Assembly (NCBI GenBank): GCA_902761025.1
Contig: CACWIU010000002.1
Coordinates: 9,517-65,955 of the forward strand
Length of the DNA: 56,439 nt
From: an uncultured Ruminococcus sp.
GTDB taxonomy: Bacteria; Bacillota; Clostridia; Oscillospirales; Acutalibacteraceae
Direction of reading: 5' to 3'
Part shown: in pieces, positions 10,801 through 18,781 of the stretch
Position numbering within the stretch: position 1 is the first letter of the stretch
Layout: each line of letters starts with the position of its first letter
Made by a program: the position numbers and the translations under genes
Notes under the pieces: model-generated
Database searches by the model: none
What the model was told of the DNA's origin: nothing
Seen by the model: the letters and a program-made list of their open reading frames with translations, nothing else

Positions 10801-11682
10801 AAATCTTCCCTCAAGATAGAATACCTTATTGTTTTCGGGAGCAACATCGGATTTTGCAGCTTCCGCAAAGACATTTCCTGTGTACTTGTCTACGGAAACA
10901 ATTATTTTGTCGCAATTTTCCGTATCAAGCAAAGACGCTGTGTAAGTATCGCCCGTACTGTTTTTTACCAATGCTACGCCTTTATTTTGAGATTCTTCTG
11001 TTTGATACGACAGCAAAGAATCTGCAGAAGTTCCATTATAAAGGAAAGACATTTCAACAGACGAAGCCATAAACGAATAAGTATACAAATCCGAATTATT
11101 GCTGTCAACTGTCATGTCGTATACGGCAAAATCAGAACCAGCCGCCGTTTTTGCCCTGATTTGAGGAGCAGAGGAGAAAACGGGCGAAGAAGAACCGGCT
11201 GTACCCGAAACTCCGTAAACTATGCCGCTTGATTTTTCAACACGAATTTCAATTTCTTTACCTGCAAATGGCGATTGAGATATTTTTACATTTTTATAAG
11301 TTTTTCCGTCAATATTTTCAAATTCTACATTGATATTTTTATCGGCTGAGGAAGTCAATCCCGCATAATTTGAAAAATCTCCGCTGCTTTTATCATAGAC
11401 GTAAACTTGAGCCACAGCAGAATTAATGGTACAATAGTAATAGTTGGTCGATTCGCTCATCGTGAAATCTCTTTGCCATGAATCATAAGGCACATAATAG
11501 CGAATACGCGGCGCTTTGCTGACAGCCGCACTTGAAGAAATAGGCATTTTATCCGTTTTGTCTTGTTCAATCGAATCTGCCGAAACAGCCAGCGATTCAA
11601 GAAAAGCCGTCGGAAGCACCATTGCAGCCATAAGCAAAACAGACAGCAAAATTTTTCCCGAATGAACCAATTTCGCTTTCAT
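7837..11682 (-). CDS. very large secreted/cell-surface protein with InlB-B-repeat (Listeria-Bacteroides repeat)-like modules
   Basis: Signal peptide KILLSVLLMAAMVLPTAF. Repeat-type motifs YGFIEWTT...VIAHYK, EGYVLSSLTVNGEE...VTVNAVFEQK, YVFDGWYDSS...ALTAVYKK. GGAGG lies 8 nt upstream of the second ATG (11682). Confidence 0.8.
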   Translation of the reverse strand: MKAKLVHSGKILLSVLLMAAMVLPTAFLESLAVSADSIEQDKTDKMPISSSAAVSKAPRIRYYVPYDSWQRDFTMSESTNYYYCTINSAVAQVYVYDKSSGDFSNYAGLTSSADKNINVEFENIDGKTYKNVKISQSPFAGKEIEIRVEKSSGIVYGVSGTAGSSSPVFSSAPQIRAKTAAGSDFAVYDMTVDSNNSDLYTYSFMASSVEMSFLYNGTSADSLLSYQTEESQNKGVALVKNSTGDTYTASLLDTENCDKIIVSVDKYTGNVFAEAAKSDVAPENNKVFYLEGRFICKDSSNNTVSVNNTSWSTSSTNIAFSKTEQENVYNFVTNSTIAELTAPSGSPYYFLVREGTNYPRSASGKYYAPSANTVLTNTKPGEHIAVTYGTNCGGGICFNDKNAAAGKVTLWLDNSDPSSPFMYYTLRYGGFSAKAMSSNGTSQYVDYAGSTPTVTPNNVVELPQGAEVSAAASVVENDKEYGFIEWTTANGTGSFENAANAQTTFYPTADNEQVIAHYKVIYSLVCSQTEHGTIEASNSKYGVGESYTIDVTPDEGYVLSSLTVNGEEKFGEMTDKSQYTGVMPDSSVTVNAVFEQKKDVFFYAAVASNWGEAARNINVVADGVKLSPVAVFDTECTLYKLNDTNRFSSKTFYVRMYKAEQNAAVIIGEPEHDGGVIDENCYGYKIAAGELKAGACYSYYSFGVGQNTTVLIEAMNIKSVTCLTAEPTKDSPVQFSYTKEDCNGKTAGQESYTIVTEVKDQNGNTYPVANNQFVPTTAGKYTISVWAAFGSVGATSNIAQCEVIVPGDEPVNTELEVEFKYYQRDLDKHTEMSNSEQSVSVTQEISENGMAETVFNAYESVSKKLPKYMNLMSEYSFYMSQAKALQGIKSQTNYHSLKTDGENNIERNTYGIAQYKTYGECYNDSVLQYHTDGYGNVGSSEKWVQYFADTEEISETDAYANPNSVTKVIVHGFNNPRIYHAGLSFADENGIYSAEVLDNNKSLYMVGNTEISVYDVFYNMSLSADTDYSESGYLSNFALDSYYGKEQMPTAVSSFTDEAGVKYVFDGWYDSSLVKVSADRSYTGRVTNNIALTAVYKKADSSSNPVPTVTVTQNDTEKYRVSENGVEIEKIKINTVMNAFDCNDISNAAVIYVRLKSTETTDWANNYPQIDITSLKQEIKNLLDSETASTGRNIKVIVVGTDGKAQIIADNFDVVSDEADVDVQNFKIMLNNKNRVQFSNSFTAQSACENGANAAILTFAAVKNNGEWIVSENYIPYMNVG

Positions 11683-11737
11683 AAGCATTACCTCCGTTAA
11701 TTATTAATTTTTAGAATAAATTGGAATGTAAGGTTCG

Positions 11738-11869
11738 TCACGTCAAATCTTCCGGCAAATCTTCACCTTCTACGGTTTTGATGTCACCCTCAACTTGGTC
11801 GGAAGTAGTGATAACATCTTCTACGTCAAACTCTACAATTTCCATGATTGTTGAAACATATTTCTCCAA
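11738..11869 (-). CDS. small acidic ORF (43 codons from TTG, or 35 from internal ATG 11845), absent from the track
   Basis: My own translation: MEKYVSTIMEIVEFDVEDVITTSDQVEGDIKTVEGEDLPEDLT*. GGAGG (11883-11879) lies 9 nt upstream of TTG 11869. It sits downstream of a consensus promoter and 55 nt upstream of the giant gene. Confidence 0.4.
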   Translation of the reverse strand: MEKYVSTIMEIVEFDVEDVITTSDQVEGDIKTVEGEDLPEDLT

Positions 11870-11941
11870 TACTCGTCGCCTCCTTCTGTAAAAAATTTGA
11901 AAATCTCGCAAAAAATATATAAAAAATGTATATACATATTA

Positions 11942-11970
11942 ATTATATCTCAATCTTTAAAACACGTCAA
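11942..11970 (-). promoter_or_regulatory. near-consensus sigma-A promoter (small ORF + giant surface protein)
   Basis: Minus strand TTGACG (11970-11965), 17 nt, TATAAT (11947-11942). Confidence 0.55.
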
Positions 11971-12015
11971 TAAAATTCTATAAAAAAACTTACTTTTTGA
12001 AAAATCGAATAGGGA

Positions 12016-12044
12016 TTGACTTATAAAGAACTGTGATTTATAAT
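12016..12044 (+). promoter_or_regulatory. near-consensus sigma-A promoter (L,D-transpeptidase gene)
   Basis: TTGACT (12016-12021), 17 nt, TATAAT (12039-12044). It is divergent from the promoter at 11942-11970. Confidence 0.55.
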
Positions 12045-12113
12045 GTATAGTTAGAGAAACTTTTTTTACACTTCAACCATGATTACAAATACATTGGGAG
12101 AATAAAATCAATT

Positions 12114-13787
12114 ATGAACAATATTAATTATAAAAATAATGTGTTCTTCAAAAAAGCAAAGAAAATCAATACATTTATAATTAACGTCGTAAAAGCAACG
12201 TCAAATTATTTATCAAATAAAGTACGCGAATATACAAATAATAAACCAAAAAACAAACAAAAAAATTTTCAATTATTAACAATAAAAATAAAGAAAAAGT
12301 TTTTTAGCTGCTTACAAAAAATCAAATCTCTTGATTTGAAAAATTTAAATATTAAAAATATTAAACAAAAACTCAAAAATATTCCGCCGCTATACATTGC
12401 TTTTACCGCTGTGCCGCTCGTAATGCTTTTGTTTTTTTGTTTAATCGGTTCTTACTGTTCCACACACTTTTTAACGGGTGCAACTGTAAACGGAGTTGAC
12501 GTGTCGGGTATGTCGCTTGCACAAGCTAAACGGGCAATATCTTCCTCTGCTCAGAGCTACTGTCTTACCCTTTACGAGAAAGACGGATTGAAAGAAACAA
12601 TTAAAGGCTCGGACATTGGCTTGACCGTTCTTGTTACAGATGAATTTAATAATATTTTGAAGAAAAAATCCGGCTACTCTTGGCTTTCCGCTATGTTTGG
12701 AAACAAAGAAATAACTACCGGCGAAGCCGTAGCTTATTATTATGACGGTTCTGCTTTTGATAAAAAAATAAGCAGTCTGCAATGCGTTTCCCCTGCCTTT
12801 GTTACCGAACCGATTAACGCAGAACTTATTTACGAAAAAGGAACTTTTTCAATAACTCCTTCGTCTACCGGAAATGTAGCCAATAAAAACAAATTGGCTG
12901 ACAGAGTTAAACTTGCTCTAAAAAATCAGGAAAGTAAAATTTATTTGGAAAACGAGTCCGTTTATTCTATGCCGGCAATTTCCTCGGACGATGCCGAACT
13001 GCTTGCAAAACAGCATGCCTTTAATCAAATTGCAGGAATAAACATCACGCTCAAATTCGGAGAAAATACGGAAGAAATTGATTCGTCTGAAATTATTGAC
13101 TGGTATAATTTTTCTTTTGACGGTTCGGATTACACATTTGAACAGAATCAAGACGCAATTTATTCGTATGCGGCAGCCCTTGCGGAAAAGTATAATACAA
13201 TACACTCCCCTAAAATGTTTGTTACTCACAGCGGCGAAACAATCGAAATCGGCAACAGCTACTACGGTTGGCAGCTTGATAACGATTACGCTGCGGATAT
13301 GCTGAAAAATTATGTCAATAATCATCAGTCCGTATCTTTAGACTTGACAGACCGAAGTGCAGAAAGCGACAAGTGGTGGTTAAAAGTAGGCGTTGCCTAC
13401 GATGACTTCGGTTACTACGGAAATACATACGCAGAAGTAAGCATTAACGGACAATATATGTGGATGTACACCGACGGTGTTGTTTCTTTGGAGTCTGATG
13501 TCGTCACAGGCAAACCCGATTCCGAACACGATACGCCCGTTGGCATTTACAGCCTGATTTATAAAGAGCAAAACGCAACTCTCAGAGGCGAAGATTATGA
13601 AACTACAGTCGCATATTGGATGGTCTTTACAATAGATATCGGCTTTCATGACGCAGACTGGCAGTATGCTTTCGGCGAAGATATGTACGAAACAAACGGT
13701 TCTCATGGCTGCGTCAATTTGCCTATTGAAGTAGCGGAGCAGCTTTATGATTTGGTATATCCCGGAATGCCCGTATTTGTTTACTAA
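12114..13787 (+). CDS. L,D-transpeptidase (YkuD domain) with K/N-rich N-terminus, TM anchor and PG-binding-like region
   Basis: C-terminal catalytic motif GSHGCVNLP. TM segment LYIAFTAVPLVMLLFFCLIGSYC. GATVNGVDVSGMSLAQAKRAI resembles PG_binding_4-type modules. Confidence 0.85.
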   Translation: MNNINYKNNVFFKKAKKINTFIINVVKATSNYLSNKVREYTNNKPKNKQKNFQLLTIKIKKKFFSCLQKIKSLDLKNLNIKNIKQKLKNIPPLYIAFTAVPLVMLLFFCLIGSYCSTHFLTGATVNGVDVSGMSLAQAKRAISSSAQSYCLTLYEKDGLKETIKGSDIGLTVLVTDEFNNILKKKSGYSWLSAMFGNKEITTGEAVAYYYDGSAFDKKISSLQCVSPAFVTEPINAELIYEKGTFSITPSSTGNVANKNKLADRVKLALKNQESKIYLENESVYSMPAISSDDAELLAKQHAFNQIAGINITLKFGENTEEIDSSEIIDWYNFSFDGSDYTFEQNQDAIYSYAAALAEKYNTIHSPKMFVTHSGETIEIGNSYYGWQLDNDYAADMLKNYVNNHQSVSLDLTDRSAESDKWWLKVGVAYDDFGYYGNTYAEVSINGQYMWMYTDGVVSLESDVVTGKPDSEHDTPVGIYSLIYKEQNATLRGEDYETTVAYWMVFTIDIGFHDADWQYAFGEDMYETNGSHGCVNLPIEVAEQLYDLVYPGMPVFVY

Positions 13788-13809
13788 AAAATTATCAAGG
13801 AGCAGCAAT

Positions 13810-14490
13810 ATGAAAAAATTAATTTTATTTTTTTTAACAGCCGCCGTATTTTTGACTAACGCTGTTTTTCCGGCTTACGCTAACTTAATCGGCGAAGACG
13901 GCTTTTACTATTCTTTGATAGATTCCAATTATGCCGCATTGGAAAACTATCGCAGCGACCGAGCGGTTGTTCAAGTTCCCTCTGCAATATACTCGCACGA
14001 AGTGTGCAAAATTTCCGACTATGCTTTTCTAAGAAATCAGACTATAACCGAAGTAACTTTGCCCGACACAATAAAAACTATTGGCAGCAGTGCTTTTAAT
14101 GGCTGCTCAAAACTGGAAAAAATTATTATTCCCGATTCTGTCGCAGAAATCGGAAAGAGTGCTTTTGCTAATTGCAATATATTAGTAATTTATTGCAATT
14201 CTAACTCATTTGCCGAAACTTATGCAATCAATAATAATATCAATTATCAACATATAGGAACATCTGAATCTGCTATAATCGGAGATGTTGACGGCGATAA
14301 GGATATTTCTTCTTATGACAGTCTGCTTGTGCTTAGATACTCCGTAGACTTGGAAAACTTTACCGAACAGCAAAAAATTCTCGGCGACGTTGACGAGGAC
14401 GGAAGTATCGACAGCTTTGACAGTTTAGTTATTCTTCGCTACAGCGTTGGCATGGACGTAAGCGAATATAAAATAGGTCAATTTATTTAA
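13810..14490 (+). CDS. secreted leucine-rich-repeat (BspA-type) protein with C-terminal type-I dockerin
   Basis: Signal peptide MKKLILFFLTAAVFLTNAVFPAYA. LRR_5-like IGSSAFNGCSKLEKIIIPDSVAEIGKSAFANC. Two dockerin F-hand repeats, DVDGDKDISSYDSLLVLR and DVDEDGSIDSFDSLVILR. AAGGAG lies upstream of ATG 13810. Confidence 0.85.
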   Translation: MKKLILFFLTAAVFLTNAVFPAYANLIGEDGFYYSLIDSNYAALENYRSDRAVVQVPSAIYSHEVCKISDYAFLRNQTITEVTLPDTIKTIGSSAFNGCSKLEKIIIPDSVAEIGKSAFANCNILVIYCNSNSFAETYAINNNINYQHIGTSESAIIGDVDGDKDISSYDSLLVLRYSVDLENFTEQQKILGDVDEDGSIDSFDSLVILRYSVGMDVSEYKIGQFI

Positions 14491-14502
14491 ATTTAACATA
14501 AG

Positions 14503-14541
14503 CCGCACAAAGATTTTTTATTGCTTTGTGCGGTGTTTTTT
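14503..14541 (+). terminator. intrinsic terminator
   Basis: Stem CCGCACAAAG (14503-14512) / CTTTGTGCGG (14524-14533) followed by TGTTTTTT. Confidence 0.7.
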
Positions 14542-14578
14542 ATATAGAAATTTTAATAGAAAGTTTTCAAAAAAATCG

Positions 14579-14607
14579 TTGTAAGATTGAATATCATATG
14601 CTATAAT
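14579..14607 (+). promoter_or_regulatory. sigma-A promoter candidate for the flavodiiron gene
   Basis: TTGTAA (14579-14584), 17 nt, TATAAT (14602-14607). Confidence 0.5.
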
Positions 14608-14673
14608 ACTAACAAAATATCATTTGCTCAACAACTAATTTTTATAATGTTGAAACAAAGGAGGACTCTATTT

Positions 14674-16464
14674 ATGAAAATAACAAATGATATCCGCTAT
14701 ATCGGTGTAAATGACCACAAAGTCGACCTATTCGAGGGTCAATACATTGTTCCAAACGGAATGGCTTACAATTCGTATGTGATACTCGATGAAAAAATCG
14801 CCGTTATGGACACCGTTGACCGCAATTTCAAGCATGAATGGCTTAACAATCTCGACGCCGAACTTAACGGAAAAACTCCCGATTATCTTATTGTTCAGCA
14901 CATGGAACCCGACCACTCGGCTAATATCGCAAACTTTATGCAAAATTATCCCTCGGCAGTAATCGTATCGTCTGCAAAAGCCTTTGCCATGATGAAAAAC
15001 TTCTTCGGCACTGAATTTGAGGACAGACGCATTGTTGTCGGCGAGGGCGATTCCCTGAACCTCGGTAGTCATACATTGAATTTTGTTGCCGCTCCCATGG
15101 TTCATTGGCCTGAAGTCATCGTAACTTATGATTCAAAAGACAAAGTGCTTTTCTCGGCTGACGGTTTCGGAAAGTTCGGCGCTTTGGACGTTGAAGAAGA
15201 CTGGGCTTGCGAGGCAAGACGTTATTACATAGGCATTGTGGGAAAATATGGGGCTCAAGTACAATCTTTGCTCAAAAAAGCCGCAAAGCTTGATATTAAT
15301 ATTATTTGCCCTCTTCACGGTCCCGTGCTTTCGGAAAATCTCGGCTATTATATAGGTCTTTATCAAACATGGTCAAGCTATTCGACAGAATCCGAGGGCA
15401 TTATGATAGCCTATACATCTGTTTACGGAAACACTAAAAAGGCTGTTGACATTCTGGCCGAAAAATTGCGTGTGAAAGGCTGTCCGAAAGTTGTTGTAAA
15501 CGATTTGGCTCGCTGCGATATGGCTGAGGCTGTCGAAGACGCTTTCCGCTATGGAAGAATTGTCCTTGCCACAACCACTTATAATGCGGATATTTTTCCG
15601 TTTATGAAAGAATTTATAAATCACCTTACCGAAAGAAATTTCCGCAACAAAACAATCGGCTTAATTGAAAACGGCTCGTGGGCTCCTCTTGCCGCAAAAA
15701 CAATGAAAAATATGCTTGAAGGCTGCAAAAATCTGACTTTTACAGACACAACCGTTAAAATTATGTCCGCACTCAATGAAACTTCAGGCAATCAGCTCGA
15801 AGCGTTGGCAGACGAATTGTGTATGGATTACATGGCTCAGCGTGACGAAACTGCTAACAAGAACGATATGAAAGCTCTCTTCAATATCGGATACGGTTTG
15901 TATGTGGTAACTTCCAATGACGGAAAACGTGACAACGGATTAACCGTTAATTCTGTTAACCAAGTAACAAGCAGTCCTAATCGTGTTGCGGTAACTATTA
16001 ACAAGCAAAATTATTCTCACCATGTAATACAAAACACAGGCGTAATGAATTTGAACTGCCTTTCTGTTGAAGCTCCGTTCAGCGTTTTTGAAACTTTCGG
16101 ATTCCAAAGCGGCAGAAATGCCGACAAGTTCGCCGATATCGAACCTCTGCACTCTGATAACGGACTTGCTTTTCTCCCTAAATATATAAATTCGTTTATG
16201 TCGCTGAAAGTGGAACAGTATATTGACCTTGATACTCACGGTATGTTCATTTGCTCGGTGACCGAAGCTCGTGTTCTCTCCGACAAGGAAACAATGACAT
16301 ACACATACTATCAGAACAATGTAAAGCCAAAGCCCGAAACGGACGGCAAAAAAGGCTATGTCTGCAAGATTTGCGGTTACATCTATGAGGGCGACGAATT
16401 GCCCGATGACTTTATTTGTCCCTTGTGCAAACACGGTGCGGCTGATTTTGAACCCATTGAGTAA
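14674..16464 (+). CDS. multidomain flavodiiron protein: metallo-beta-lactamase-like diiron + flavodoxin + flavin-reductase-like + rubredoxin
   Basis: Diiron motif QHMEPDHS. Flavodoxin [15 protein letters not shown]. Flavin-reductase-like [28 protein letters not shown]-terminal rubredoxin [12 protein letters not shown]...[15 protein letters not shown] lies upstream of ATG 14674. Confidence 0.9.
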   Translation: MKITNDIRYIGVNDHKVDLFEGQYIVPNGMAYNSYVILDEKIAVMDTVDRNFKHEWLNNLDAELNGKTPDYLIVQHMEPDHSANIANFMQNYPSAVIVSSAKAFAMMKNFFGTEFEDRRIVVGEGDSLNLGSHTLNFVAAPMVHWPEVIVTYDSKDKVLFSADGFGKFGALDVEEDWACEARRYYIGIVGKYGAQVQSLLKKAAKLDINIICPLHGPVLSENLGYYIGLYQTWSSYSTESEGIMIAYTSVYGNTKKAVDILAEKLRVKGCPKVVVNDLARCDMAEAVEDAFRYGRIVLATTTYNADIFPFMKEFINHLTERNFRNKTIGLIENGSWAPLAAKTMKNMLEGCKNLTFTDTTVKIMSALNETSGNQLEALADELCMDYMAQRDETANKNDMKALFNIGYGLYVVTSNDGKRDNGLTVNSVNQVTSSPNRVAVTINKQNYSHHVIQNTGVMNLNCLSVEAPFSVFETFGFQSGRNADKFADIEPLHSDNGLAFLPKYINSFMSLKVEQYIDLDTHGMFICSVTEARVLSDKETMTYTYYQNNVKPKPETDGKKGYVCKICGYIYEGDELPDDFICPLCKHGAADFEPIE

Positions 16465-16501
16465 AATATGATTAAATATTCGGTAAAAAGGCGGTGTTGT
16501 C

Positions 16502-16554
16502 ATGATTCAAAATAAATCTTCGTCATTAACAGAAAAAGCTGAAAGAGTTACTTA
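16502..16554 (+). pseudogene. 5' fragment of a DUF3592-like membrane-protein gene interrupted by the IS
   Basis: ATG 16502 (MIQNKSSSLTEKAERVT...) reads into the IS and stops after 9 more codons. Removing the IS plus one TTACTTA copy joins it in frame to 18156-18750. Confidence 0.6.
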
Positions 16555-16575
16555 CTTAAACTTCCCACCCAAAAA
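16555..16575. repeat. IS left terminal inverted repeat
   Basis: Exact reverse complement of 18128-18148. Confidence 0.85.
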
Positions 16576-16686
16576 TCACTAATTGACCCCGATAAAATCT
16601 GAAAAAATCAGAAATAAAAAAGGCACAGACGCTCCAAATGTGGTATAATTGAATTGCCATACCAAAATACCAAGGAGGACTATGCC

Positions 16687-18081
16687 ATGACAATTATACC
16701 ACAGGAAACAGAAAACAATCAAGAGAGGGAAAGCAGAATTTCTTTGTTTTTCAAAAAGTATGAAATAGGAAAACTACTAAAAAAGTGTAATGCAAGCAAA
16801 GCAACCGGTATCGCTGTTATTGAAATATTCTGGTATTTAATATGTTTAATGTTCTCGAACCGTTCAATGTATATGCAAATTGAAACCAATCGCTTTGCAG
16901 AAAATTTCTCAAAAAACACCGTTTATCGTTTTCTAAACAACGGCAAAATTAACTGGGAAAAATTTACGGTTACGCTTTCAGAGAGGATAGTCAATCAGTT
17001 TATCCGACCTTTGACAAGCAAAGAACGTGATGATGTATTCATAGTAGATGATAGTACCTATCATAAAACCGGAGGCAAGAAGACAGAATTGGTTGCAAAA
17101 GTATTTGACCATGTTTCAATGAAATATGTAAACGGATTTCGTATGCTTACACTGGGGTGGTCTGATGGAAATTCATTTCTTCCGATAACGCACAGATTGA
17201 TGTCGTCCGGAAAAGATAAAAATGTGATTGGTACTATTGAAGAATACGACAAGCGTTCCCTATCATACAAACGCCGCAGCCAGTCACGACAAAAAGCAAC
17301 CGATGTTATGATAGATATGTTAACAAATGCGATAAAATCAGGTCATCATGCAAAGTATGTTTTATTTGACAGTTGGTTTTCCAATCCTAAAACTGTTATT
17401 CAAATCAAGAAAACATGTAATCTTGATACTATAGCAATGGTGAAAAAAAGTTCTAAAATTCACTATGTTTTCGATGGAAACAAACTTGACATCAAACAGA
17501 TTTACTCACGCTGCAAAAAGCGTTCCGGACGTTCCAAGTATCTTCTTTCTGTAAACATAGAGATTACTTCTGAAAATGACAAGGGTGAAATAGAATCAAT
17601 TCCCGCAAAAATTGTTTGTGTAAGAAATCGCTCAAACAAGAAAGACTGGCTTGCAATAATTTGTACTAATGTGGAACTTTCCGAAGAAGAGATTATTCGC
17701 ATTTACGGAAAGCGTTGGGATATTGAAGTTTTTTTCAAAAGCTGTAAATCCATGCTCAAACTTGAATCAGGTTGTAGAAGTCTTTCGTATGATGCTTTAA
17801 CGGCTCATGTTTCAATTGTTTTTACACGATATATGATATTATCTGTAGAAAAAAGAGTTGATGAAGATGATCGTACTTTGGGGGAACTTTTCTTTTTGAT
17901 TAGCGATGAACTTCAAGATATAACTTTTGATAAATCTCTTTCTATTATTGTTCAAGCTCTTTGGGATAGCGTTATTGAATTTCTTACTCTCACACATGAA
18001 CAAATATCGGAATTGTTTAAGAATTTTATCGAACGGTTGCCAATTTATCTGCGTAATTCTCTGCAAATATCCGTTAATTAG
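16687..18081 (+). CDS. IS4-family DDE transposase
   Basis: DDE context FIVDDSTYHK ... VLFDSWFSN ... YGKRWDIEVFFKSCK, i.e. the Y-2-R-3-E-6-K signature of IS4-family enzymes. AAGGAGG lies 8 nt upstream of ATG 16687. An extended -10 TGgTATAAT is at 16641-16649. Confidence 0.9.
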   Translation: MTIIPQETENNQERESRISLFFKKYEIGKLLKKCNASKATGIAVIEIFWYLICLMFSNRSMYMQIETNRFAENFSKNTVYRFLNNGKINWEKFTVTLSERIVNQFIRPLTSKERDDVFIVDDSTYHKTGGKKTELVAKVFDHVSMKYVNGFRMLTLGWSDGNSFLPITHRLMSSGKDKNVIGTIEEYDKRSLSYKRRSQSRQKATDVMIDMLTNAIKSGHHAKYVLFDSWFSNPKTVIQIKKTCNLDTIAMVKKSSKIHYVFDGNKLDIKQIYSRCKKRSGRSKYLLSVNIEITSENDKGEIESIPAKIVCVRNRSNKKDWLAIICTNVELSEEEIIRIYGKRWDIEVFFKSCKSMLKLESGCRSLSYDALTAHVSIVFTRYMILSVEKRVDEDDRTLGELFFLISDELQDITFDKSLSIIVQALWDSVIEFLTLTHEQISELFKNFIERLPIYLRNSLQISVN

Positions 18082-18127
18082 TATTTTTTCAGCCGTTTGT
18101 TTAGGTTTTATCAGCATTTGGGCTTGT

Positions 18128-18148
18128 TTTTTGGGTGGGAAGTTTAAG
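18128..18148. repeat. IS right terminal inverted repeat
   Basis: Exact reverse complement of 16555-16575. Confidence 0.85.
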
Positions 18149-18155
18149 TTACTTA

Positions 18156-18750
18156 TAAAGAACTTACTTTAGAAAAAAATACTAACGAAAATCTTGAAAC
18201 ACCTGCCTCTTCTGCCGTTGAAGTGACTTCGCAATCCAAAAGAAAAAAAATAACAAGAGGTTTTTGGAAATCAATAATAGAAACATTAATATTTTTAATA
18301 TTCTGTATTATCATGTATTTTGATACAAGCGATATTTCAGGAAGTTTATATATTATTGTTCCTCTTTTGATTCCTTGGATAATTTGGATTTTGGGCTGTT
18401 GGCTTTCAAGTATGTATCCACTGAAAAAACTCGGGACAAAATTTCTTTATGCCGTAGAATTAACTGCAAAAGTCGTTGACGTTGTAAAAGTCGAGTCGGA
18501 ACAGACAAATTATTTTATAATATGCGAATATGAATTTGAAAATCAAAAATACAGATTCAAGTCAAATATGCCTATGTCAACGGAACCTCAGCAAGGACAA
18601 GTATATAATATTTGGATTTGTCCCGATGAACCCGACTTTTTTGTCGAGTTCGGCAGAATTTTTTCTATATCCGGAGGGCTTGAAATTATTTGCAAAATTT
18701 TAGGAATTTTAGGGTTTGCGTGCGAAATTCTTTTAATACTTTTGTTTTAG
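18156..18750 (+). pseudogene. 3' fragment of the IS-interrupted DUF3592-like membrane-protein gene
   Basis: Open frame continuous with 16502-16554 after IS removal. TM helices flank a beta-rich segment AKVVDVVKVESEQTNYFIICEYEFENQKYRF...GQVYNIWICPDEPD typical of DUF3592. It could still be expressed from GTG 18223. Confidence 0.55.
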
Positions 18751-18781
18751 TTTAAATTATATCTGAAAGTTGGAATATCTT

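Larger units (their letters stand above)
16555..18148 (+). mobile_element. IS4-family insertion sequence (1594 bp)
   Basis: 21-bp perfect terminal inverted repeats CTTAAACTTCCCACCCAAAAA (16555-16575) / TTTTTGGGTGGGAAGTTTAAG (18128-18148). Flanking direct repeat TTACTTA (16548-16554 and 18149-18155). A single DDE transposase ORF lies inside. Confidence 0.85.
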
